Translations under genes and position numbers: made by a program
Shown here: piece by piece, positions 11,096 through 21,428 of the stretch
How the letters are laid out: each line of letters opens with the position of its first letter
Position numbering within the stretch: the stretch's first letter is position 1
Notes under the pieces: generated by a model
The model's input: the letters and a program-made list of their open reading frames with translations, nothing else
Database searches by the model: none
What the model was told of the DNA's origin: nothing
Source of the DNA: Vicugna vicugna
Lineage: Eukaryota
Length of the DNA: 64,000 bases
Reading direction: 5' to 3'
NCBI GenBank assembly: GCA_013265495.1
Contig: MU062288.1
Coordinates: 744,001 to 808,000, forward strand

Positions 11096-13289
11096 CGAAT
11101 TTCTAAGACAACAACAGACTGCCCCCGACGGCAGACTTTCTCGATCATTTTGACTGGGGGGAAAACCTTTAAATAATTTCCGGGATATCAGATGTCAAAA
11201 AAACATGACTTACATGGTGTATAGTATATGCACATGGAGATTTGTTTCCCTTGTTTAAAACTAAAAATGACTTTTTAACTTATCCTTGCTGGAAAAAGGA
11301 TAAACAGTTATGCTTAGTTTTTGACCTTCCTCAAAATGAAGCTCTTCCTTTCTTTCTCAAAACGTTGAAACATTCCTAACGCAAAATAACTGGCTAAAGC
11401 CAGAATAGAATTTAATTTTTCTAAATTTGATGGTTCAATAGATTTTATTCAAAGATTATATAAATTTTCTTTAATGAATATTATCTACAGCATGAACACT
11501 TAATGATAAACAGTAAATAGCAAAGCTCCTTAAACCATAAGCCAAAGTGATATGAATAAAAACACAGCTTAAGAAATGATTTATTTTTTGCTTAAGAAAT
11601 GATTTTATACAACACTTTGAAAAAAAGAATTTCTTACTGCGTGATATAATCAGGCTCAAAAATAGGCAATTACAAAATTATGTGTTGATCTCTTCATCTT
11701 TTTTGACAGAAATATATATAGGCATTTTTAAAACATTATTATTGAAACTGAAAATAAAGGATGAAATTTACTTCTTTAATGTGAAAACTCTGCGTGCTTG
11801 GTGCCGCATGAGAATTCAATTCTGAGTCGAACCAGATTTCATTTTCAAATGAAACGCAGTGATTTTCGCCCTCACTCTTGGTGCTTGTGATACAAAACAA
11901 AGCCTGCTCTTCCATGTGAGGAGCTGAAAACTGCGGCGAAATGGCCATTGCCTCCTTGAGACGCGCTTCTGACACAGAAACCCAGGACTAGTCTCCGGGG
12001 ACATCAGAAGACCTCACCTAGGATGTACAATCGGGCTGCAGCTCACAGAATTCATCTTTCTTCCCCTGGGACTGTGTTCTCGCCCCAGCAAGACTCAGAG
12101 AAAGCCTCCCTTGCCTGGCTGCGTGCATTGTGTTCACCGAGAGGGGAAGTATAGTTCAGTTTTGTTCTGCATCCTTTCAGGTTCTTTTCAGTAAAGTTGG
12201 CATTTGTTGATTGGGTTAGGCCCAAGGAGCACAGAGAAACATCTTGAGATTTTCTTTTGCAACACTTTTTTTCCCCAAAATTCAGCTTCCTTCTAAATCC
12301 AAAAATCTTGACATTTGGAGGGGAAACAGTATCGCCAGGGTTTTTCAAGGACTTGTTCAACCGAGTCCCTTGATGAAAACCGTCTGCCCGTTTGGCTGGT
12401 GTCAGGGCGGCCATTCTGCATCTTCAAAGCGTTCTACAAGATCTGGTCTTCCGTGTCCTTAACAGGACCCTCCAAACACACTAGTGAAGTTTCTGTTTGT
12501 AGACGATTATGTCTCTTTATTGGAGTTTTCATGTATTAAAAAAAAATCATTGTTGAATTTGTCTTTGCTTAATAAAATAATGATATTTGTAGCATCATCC
12601 AAAACTTTTTCCATTTCCTCCCCAGGAGATTTTGACCCAAGCACCTGTTGATGAACAAATCAGTTTGTTGTCACAAGGTCAGAATTTTCTTGTTTTACTG
12701 AAAAGGAAAGCTGCTCACAGAGCGGACCACGGAGATTATCAGAACAGGTTCCAACACGGCTCCTCCAAAGGCGGTGTTTTACTCCAAGCTAAGAAGGCAA
12801 AACAGAAACTATATCTTGGCCTTGGTTTGTTTCGAGCAGCTTTTTGTAGCTGACGAGACTTCTTGAATTTCATCATTACTTACACGCCGTACCGATGACT
12901 CGGTGTCGAGCTAGACGAAGATGCTGTTTTTATCAGTTTATGGTACGAAACCTCGTCAGTGCCCCGTGGCTCGTCACCAGTATGTCAGCTTCTCATACTG
13001 TGCGAGATTGGGGCTGTTTTCACTTCTTACACTGTAAGTTATCCTTGCGTTTAACTCAGTATAGTTTTATGTGCTGGTTCTCACCAAAGGCATCATTTAT
13101 CCTTTGGGGGGCAGTAAGTTCTGCTACTAAAAAAAAAAAATTTTGTTTTGCTTCCTGAGCCATCTTTCTTTTTTTTATTTTTATTTTTTTATCCTTTTTT
13201 TTCCTGAGCCATCTTTCTGAAAGAGACTCTGCTCCATGAATGTTTTATACTGCCTGTTTTGAGATTCCGAAGGCTATTTAAATAGTAAG

Positions 13290-13790
13290 TACCTTTACTT
13301 GTCAGATTTCACATAAAAGTATTTTTCAGTTTTGCTGGAGTCATTGCCGCCTTTGTAAGTGGTTTGCCACAGAGAATGCAAAATGGGGCAGGACACCTTG
13401 GCTGACCCACAAAATCCATTAATAAGCAGTTTTCATTGTACAAACAGATTTCCTGCGTGACCTTTGATGCAATGAAATGACTCAGAAGATTGCAATTCTT
13501 TGTCACTTCGTCTCTTTATCAGAATTGTCTGTAGACCTAGATCTGGAAATCTTCTCTTCTGTCTCACATCCCATTTTCAAAAATCACCAGATGGTACATC
13601 AGACATCTTTGAAAACATAAATGCAATAAATTATAACACAGGGCGTATAACAACTGAAATGAAATTGCAAAAAAAAATGAAGATGTCACAATGAAATGAT
13701 CTCTAACCTGCATAATCCACAGCTCGCAGTGTTTACGACAGCAGGATGGCGGGAGGGAAACTTCAGTGGCAGCACATAAAAATCCGTTCT
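13290..13790 (-). mobile_element. hAT-Charlie DNA transposon fossil (transposase N-terminal fragment)
   Basis: ORF 13309..13506 gives YNENCLLMDF..PFCILCGKPLTKAAMTPAKLKNTF, homologous to the Charlie/Buster/ZBED5 motif 'YxxxYLxxGF..PxCVLCxxxLxNxxMKPSKLKRHL'; element may extend left to ~12870. Confidence 0.7.
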
Positions 13791-14959
13791 TTACGCTGAA
13801 AGTTCCCTGCACTGTCCTCTTGCTGCACTGGCTATTTGTTAGCTCCAGTCGGCATGTCAGTCGGGAGTGTGGGAGGGTTGCAAGCGAGGTGATTCCTGAG
13901 AAAGAGGCTCATATCTCCAGTGTAAGTTCCTCCCCTACACGCAGTGTGGTACTCACCAATTAGCAACAGCCTCCCGAATTTGCACAGAAAATAGAATGGA
14001 CGCAAATGAACGAACACAATCCCAGTGTTGCTGCCAAGCGCCAGGGCTGGAGGAAACGCTTCCAGCTGGGTCCCTGGGACACTAGCTTTGTGTGTCAAGT
14101 TCAAAAACTGGTGACTACATCACTCACCATCTTCTGCAGAATCACTAGTGACATCCCACAGGCTCCCATTTGAGAAGCTCGGTCCTAGAAGGGAGCTTCA
14201 GTGAACACGCATGTATCTTACTGCCTGTGCTGAAGCGCTTTTAAAGTGAAACAGCAGAGAGCGTCCCGCGGATCGTCCGCTTCCCCACTGTCGCCCTCAG
14301 GCACCTAAGTGTTTCTGAAGGAACTCCCACGGCCGGGCTGCAGGGGGTACAGGCGATGCCATGAAAGCAGACGCAAAGGTAAGGCGAGAAGTAAAACACG
14401 GGCGAACTTGGCTGTGTACCGGGGGCCCAGCAAGTGTGAGCTCAGAACCCAGAAGTGGGGCCCCAGTGACATGGGCTGACCTCTCCCCCGCTCCTCGTCC
14501 CCCTCCTCGAGTCCAAAGAAGGGAGGAAGGCTTCCACCTAGAGGCTCTTGATTCCTGGGTGCCCCTGAGTCTTGAGTTCATCTCTGGGAAGCAAGTGAAG
14601 CCCCAGGAAGCTGTGATCGCCTTCCTCGGCACAAAATGTTTATCTTCTTAAAAATCTCTTTTGCTTCTCCTTTTTGGTGACAAAATAGTGAAACAAAGTG
14701 AAAGTGACCTTAGGCAGGTCCAAGTCATCATTTTTGCCAGCTTCTCAACCCAGGCCAACCTTTGGGGTCTGGCCGAGTTCACGAAGTCTCATTTGGAACC
14801 GAGGAGCGTAATCTCAAGTAAACGCTCATCACGGCACGGGGGCTCTAAGAGGCTCCCCTGGGAAGATTGCTGTGGCAGCCTCCCCCAGGAACATGGTCAT
14901 ACTTTTTCCCCTCTCCTGCCTGTTTGCCTCCTCCCTAACGCTCGCACTTTTGGGTAAAT

Positions 14960-15480
14960 TCCCTCGTCTGTAACTCACTCACATCCTCATCTCCAAATCT
15001 ACAAACCTATTTGCAGCTGAGCTCAACCTTCCTCTCTTGCCTTCTGTTATCGTGAAAGAAGTGCCCTTTCTTCTATCAAAGGCAGCCTCCTCGCGTGTGG
15101 TCTGGCTCCCTCTGGTCTTGCCCCTCGCAGACTTCCGTCGTTGTGTCATCCCTTTTCCCTTGCGTCAGCCAGTCTCTCTCTCATCAACGTGAAAACATGC
15201 TCTAGCATCTCTCATCTCAAAAGCAAAATGAGAAATAAATTCTTGACCTTATCACTCCCTCCAGAGGTTAAGCATCTCTTTGGCCCTTTTCACAGAATAA
15301 CCACCTGAAATAGTCCCTCTCCACAAACTGTTTCCACTTCCTCACTCTTCAGTTTACCCCAAACTGACTCCCATGCCTGTCACTTCACTGAGCCTGCGCT
15401 TGTCCACGTGACCGCTGTCTTCCAGGGGACCAAAAATTTGACTGTTTTCTGTCCTCTGAGCAGCATTTTCTGCAATCACC
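14960..15480 (+). mobile_element. L2 fragment
   Basis: C/T-rich L2 body motifs ('aaaacatgctctagcatctctcatctc', 'cactgagcctgcgcttgtccacgtgacc'). Confidence 0.6.
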
Positions 15481-15519
15481 ATCCAGTTTTTTAGTTTTGT
15501 TGTTTTTTTTTTTGCTACA

Positions 15520-16790
15520 AGAATAGTGATTTCTGTAACAGCATTATTGAGATGCTATTTATATACCACACAAATAGTTCATTTAAAACATGGAATTCAG
15601 TGTTTTTTTTAGAATATTCACAGAGCTGTGCAACCATCACCACAATAACTGTTAGAACATTTTCATTACCCTCAAAGGAAACCCTGCACTCCAGCCATCA
15701 CTCCCTGATCTCCCCAGTCCCCCTCCCAGCCTGAGGCAGACCATAATCTATTTTCTGCCTCTACAGATTTATCTATTCTAAATACATCATTTAAATAAAA
15801 TTATACAACATTTGATCTTTTGTGCTAGCTTCTTTTGCACAGCANNNNNNNNNNNNNNNNNNNNNNNNNNNNNNNNNNNNNNNNNNNNNNNNNNNNNNNN
15901 NNNNNNNNNNNNNNNNNNNNNNNNNNNNNNNNNNNNNNNNNNNNNNNNNNNNNNNNNNNNNNNNNNNNNNNNNACTGGATCAAATGCCAACTCTATGTTT
16001 CACCTTTTGGAGAACTTCCAGAATGTTTTCCAAAGTGGCTGCACCATTTTACAATCCCCTCAGCAATGAACAAAGGTCCCAGTTTCTCCACACCCTCGAC
16101 AACACTTGTTGTCCATCTTTTCGATTACAGCCATCCTAGTGGGTATGACGTTGTATGTCATCCTGGGTTTGACGGCATTTCCCTGATGACTAACAAGCAT
16201 TTTTCATACATTTATCAGTCATGTGTAAGTCTACTTTAGAGAAATGTCTATTGAAATCCTTGGTCCACTTTTTAAGTGAGTTACTTGTCGTTTATTATTG
16301 AATTGTAAGTGTCATTTATATACTCTAGATACAAGTCCTTACTAGATATATGACTTTCAAATACTTTCTCCCATTATGTGGTTTGTATTCTCACTCTCTT
16401 CATNNNNNNNNNNNNNNNNNNNNNNNNNNNNNNNNNNNNNNNNNNNNNNNNNNNNNNNNNNNNNNNNNNNNNNNNNNNNNNNNNNNNNNNNNNNNNNNNN
16501 NNNNNNNNNNNNNNNNNNNNNNNNNNNNNNNNNNNNNNNNNNNNNNNNNNNNNNNNNNNNNNNNNNNNNNNNNNNNNNGTCCATTTTGAATTAAATATTA
16601 TATATGGTGCGAGGTAGGGGTCCAATTCCTTTTTTTTCTTTTTTGCATATAGATATCCAGTAGTTTCACCACTATTTATTGAAAAGCTTATTATTTCCCC
16701 ACTGAATTAATAGTTTTGGCAACCTTGTTAAAAATCAGTTGACCATAAATGTGAGGGTTGATTTTTGGGTTCACAATTCTATTCTTTTAA
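15520..16790 (-). mobile_element. L1 (L1MA/MB-like) 3'UTR and ORF2 end, two N-masked stretches
   Basis: Antisense L1 motifs ('ttgtgcaaccatcaccac', 'ttccaaagtggctgcaccattttacaatccc'); ORF fragment MDPYLAPYIIFNSKW matches L1 ORF2 'LDPYLTPYTKINSKW'. Confidence 0.9.
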
Positions 16791-16869
16791 TCTATAGAGT
16801 TTTTCTTTTGCCAGTACCACACATCTTCTTATAATACTTTGTTCTCTTGGCTTTCAGACCATAAAAATT

Positions 16870-18800
16870 TCCTGATTTTTTTCCAAACTTCCTGTCTTCC
16901 ATGTAGGTCCATCTGTTTCTACCAGCCATGGATCTGGGATGTAAATTTGTCTCTCCACCTGCTTCTGTGGCATCTTCACTTAGATGTCTCATAGGCATTT
17001 CACACTTTACATGTTCAAAACTGAACCTTTGCTTCTCCCACAAAGCTTTCTCACACAAGTCTTCCCATCACAATCAGTAGTATGTTCGTTCACCCAACAT
17101 AAGCTAGAAAGATGGAAATTATTCTTGTCTCCTTTTCCTAACTTTATCTATGTCAGTTAGGATCTAGTCAAAAGACAGAAGCCACACTAGTCACTTTAAC
17201 AGAAAGAATTTAATATAAGAATTTTAACCAGGTGTTGGAGAATGCAAAAAGGAAAAACTGAGATATCACAAAGGTTGTACATGCAGGAAACAGCAACTGC
17301 TCTAGGGCTGAGCAGACAGATATGCTTGGGATTATTAAAAGCTTGGGATTATGAGAAGCGTGGAAGGGACATTCTATGGGGCAGAGATCTAAGGAGGGGT
17401 CACCAGCTAGCTATTGCCAGTATTTCAGGATCGGGTTGCAGTGGAAATGAAACTGAATAGGAGATCATTAGGAAAAATGTGAATTGAAATTCGCTGTCAC
17501 AACCAAGGTGCAGAATCTTTGCTAGAGCAATGCTGAAACAGGAAGGAACAGGTCCCTTCTTATCCCTCCAGCTTTCCAGTTTCCCCTTTAGTGTCTCCTT
17601 TCGGCAGAGCTTAACAGGTTGGGAGCTGACAAAGCGAAAGTATGGTTTTGAAAATTCTCCATCTTAGCATCAAAAAAAAAATGAGTGTGAAAGGGTGGCT
17701 TTCAAGCTAAGAAATAACCACATAATAACCAGAATAGTCCTCTCCTTTGGTCGCTCAACATCCATACATCCTGTTGTTTCCACTCGTGTCCTCTGGATCC
17801 CGCCTGCCTCTCTAACCTCGATCCTGATTCTCGATGCTTCGGTCATTCTAACTTTCAGATCCTCAGATTCACAAAACAAATTCTTGCCTTGAGATCATCA
17901 CACGTTGCCCGGAAGTGTGTTCCCTATTCCCATGCCAGACTTGTGCCTGGCTAGTTCCTTCTCATTTCTAACTCTTGGTTAAATTATTTCCTACATGTAA
18001 GCACAGTGTGAATTATCAGTGCGTTATTACCAATTCAAGTTTTCTTCTTAAAGGTTTGTGTAGCTCTAGTTCTCCGGGTGTTTTCACCCACTGTATCACT
18101 TGATCATCACGATATCTGTGCAGTAGGCGAGGTGAATCTTATATTCCCATGTAGCAACAATGGAAAGAGAGCATTAGAAGGCTGGCAAATTAGGGTTAAA
18201 TCTTGTCCAAACCACTTCCTTGTCTATAAAATGGAGTTTTGTAGAAATTAAATGTGAATACATGTAAACTGCAAGTACAATGCCCAGCATATAACAGACA
18301 CTTCATGTACAGCGGCTTTCATCATGTGCTTGATTTCCTGGGGGAATTGAGCACCTGCATGGTCCCAGTTAGGACCCATCTCACATCATCACTGTTGAGA
18401 CCTGGCTCCGGCAGTTCCCAGAATGCTTCGTGCTTTCTCATGGCCCTTTGGCTTTTCATCTGCTGCTCTGTCCAAAATTACTGCTGCCCATTTTCTATCT
18501 GGCTAACTCCCACTCATCCTTTCAGACTTATCTCATGGGACCCTCTTTCTGAAGCTGTCCCGGAACAAGGCCTCCTCCATTCTGTGTTAGGTGATCCTTC
18601 TTGGGCTCCCATCTTCCTGCCTTCTTATCTCCACGGTGGCACGGCTTTGTGCGATGTCTGTCTGTCCCCCACTTTGTCTCCTCTGTTGTTTATAGTGACC
18701 TGGAGGGCAGGAGCTGTGTCTTCAACCTCTGTCTCTGCAGTCTTTGGGTAGACTCTCAACGAGTATTTGCTCCTTAACTGAACAAATGCATAAATGAATC
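16870..18800 (+). mobile_element. Continuation of L2, interrupted by an LTR and a MIR-like piece
   Basis: 'ggcatcttcacttagatgtctcataggcatttcacac' and the terminal 'tttgctccttaactgaacaaatgcataaatgaat' are L2 motifs. Confidence 0.6.
17151..17675 (-). mobile_element. ERVL-class solo LTR (LTR33/LTR40-like)
   Basis: 'tgtcagttaggatctagtcaaaagacagaagccacactagtcactttaacagaaagaatttaatata' matches the antisense end of old ERVL LTRs. Confidence 0.55.
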
Positions 18801-20938
18801 TAAAAAAAGGTAGGGAGGAATTAATTAATTTGCTTTTTGTGTGGGTGTGCCCCCTAGTAACAGCCTTTCTAATATCCTGGAGATAAGCCAGCACTCCCTT
18901 TTGAAGCTAAAAGCTGCAGGACGTGATTTCTCTAAATAAAAAGGTTTCTTGAGTTTCCAGGGATCTGGCCTGTGGCCACAGGAATAGAAATGGTAGAGAG
19001 CTGAGTCTGGGCTGGGGGAAGGAGCATCACTTGATTGCAAAGATCATTTTTCTTGGCACCAGTCACAGAAGAGGTCAGAGACATCTGCGTGTCCCGATGA
19101 CATCACTTGGCCCTGCCTTGCACAATAGAGGAAAAACTGTCAGGGCAAATTTCCAGTTTATCTAGACACAGCTGGGCCGCCTCCAAGATTTTCCACCCCT
19201 TTCCCCACCCCTACTGGTCCCAACACCAAAAATGGCTCTTGGAGCCCTGGATAAAACTGTCCGGAAAGAGCCAAACTCTTCATCGGCTTTGCAGCTATGA
19301 ATTCAGGGCAGTGTTATCATCGCTTTCTCGTCCCTTCATGCTTCCATCCCCTCAGCCAGCTTCAACCCAAGAGAGCCACCCTCTTCAACAGGAGGGGTAT
19401 CACCTCCAGGCATTTCTTTATACTTGAACTATGTGTGCAGGGACTCTTAAAGCCACATAGCACTGCTTGACATTTTTTTCAACTTTATATGTTATATCAT
19501 GTTGTGTGGATTTATCTTTAACTCACTTGTGTCTTCTCAATGTGACACTGTCATTATCCACATGGATATTTGCAGCTCTGAGTGAGCATCTGGTCCCTCG
19601 GGTGAGTAGCGCATGGGGCAGCCACTGGTTCACGACGTGGTCCGTGTCACATGAGCCTGGTGGGTGGGGAAGCGGAGGACCCACCGCACACACAGGTCTT
19701 TGCTCCTTCTCATCTCGGGGTGAACGTTCACCCGGATGCCACTGGGCTGGGGTATCTGTGGTCCATTTTATCACTTGTAGACAAGGCTGACCTCATTTTC
19801 TAAGCTTTGTTCACATGTCAGTTTATAGTCACAAGGTGTACTGTTGCTGAAACCATGGGCTGGGAGTCAGAAACCTTGATTCTTGCCCCAGGTCTGTCTT
19901 AAGAGCCCACGGGACCTCTGGCAAGTTATCTCACCTTCCCAAGCCTCCGTTCCCACGTAGAGTGTCACCTGATGTCCATGGGCTGTGCAGGTCTGAGGGA
20001 AACGGCCGTCAGGGGAAGTGGAATGACGTGGTTGGACTTTGCACAGAAGGACCCAGTGATGGTCGCTCCCCAGTTGGGGATTATCAACCAAAGCACTTAA
20101 CTTTTCTAAGCCTCGCTTACCTGCTCCCCACAATTGAGAAAATCATGATTCAACTGTGTAATTTACGTAAAGTGCTTAGTCCAGGCTGGCACGTGAAAAG
20201 TGATCAGTGTCACGTCGTGGTAGTAACATTTCTCTGGGGACAATCTTTTCTCATTCTTTGCCGCAATCTCAGTCCTCCTGGAAGCCTGCCCTCTTATCTA
20301 TTTCTATGAGTTGTCTCCCATCTCCTTCTACGGAATAAGACCCTAAATCCATCAACACAACTGCGATGGCTCTGAGACCTCCACCCACCACAGCTGGGGC
20401 TCTGCTGGGTCCAGCATCGTGGACAGGCATCCCCGAGAGCCCCGCCGGCCAGCGGTGCATGCCCTGCCCTTCCCGACACATTTCCCTGAATTTAAAGGAA
20501 AAAAGAAAGAAAGAAATACCTCTCCCAGTCATTATTGTTTCCTTTTGGTTTTTCAATTGATTTGTTGATGTTTATTTTCAACCCCTTTTCTTCTGAGCAC
20601 TCGTGGAAGTTGGGCTGGGAAACGGGTCGGGGTGACAGAGCTCTGCTCCACCTCCCAGCAAAAGTTAGTTTTGTTTCTAGATCATATGTACGTCCCTGAC
20701 TGTCATCTCTTAAGATGAGCTCTTTCCTAGGTTCCTTTAAAACCTCCTGGTCGCCGCGCGCGCCTTGTCATTAGGCACCACCTCTGTCAGCCGCTCCAGG
20801 TTCCTGGGGCCCTTTTCCCAGGGGCCTGCCCCACTCCGTGGCTTTTAAAGCCCCTTCCCCTTCCCTCATTTACACACTTCTCAATGCCTTGGGGAAGGAC
20901 AAACCCTCTGGCCCCTCTCAGGGGACGTCGTTAGTGGG

Positions 20939-21428
20939 TATGGCAGACAGTAACTGTCACCAAAGATGTCCACACCCTAATCCCCAGGACTCGTGCCTAT
21001 GTCAGCCTCGCCAGGCAGAAGGGGCTCCGCAGGTGTGATTAAGGATTCTGAGATGCAGACAGTCTCCTGGATTGCCAGGTGGGCCACTGCAGTCACAAGC
21101 GTCCTTACAAGAGGCAAACAAAAGGCTCAGAGCTGGGGAAGGAGCTGTGTCGAGGAGAGCAGAGATGTGCATTGCGTGAGACAGACTGGCAGACGCAACA
21201 CTCCCGGCTTTCACAGTGGAGGAAGGAGGCGTGAATCAAGGAACGCGGTGGCTTCTAGAAGGTGGAAAAGGTTAAGTTTTCCCCCGGACACTTCAGAGGG
21301 ACCATGACCCTGCCGGCACCTTGATTTCAGGACTTCAGACTTCCAGAACCGTGACGTGAGGCGCTCGCGTTGTTTTTAACCACTAAGTTTATGCAGATTT
21401 TGTTACGGTAACAGCAGGTAAGTGATAC
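20939..21428 (+). mobile_element. MLT1D-like solo LTR, near full length
   Basis: 5' 'tggcagacagtaactgtcaccaaagatgtccacaccctaatcccca', internal 'tgccggcaccttgatttcag...cttccagaaccgtga', 3' 'ttgttacggtaacagcagg..tac'. Confidence 0.85.

Noticed and set aside
12626-12677. Possible 52-nt + strand exon (EILTQAPVDEQISLLSQ)
   Set aside because: Weak donor (GTCAGA), no partner exons, upstream of the only evident + strand promoter.
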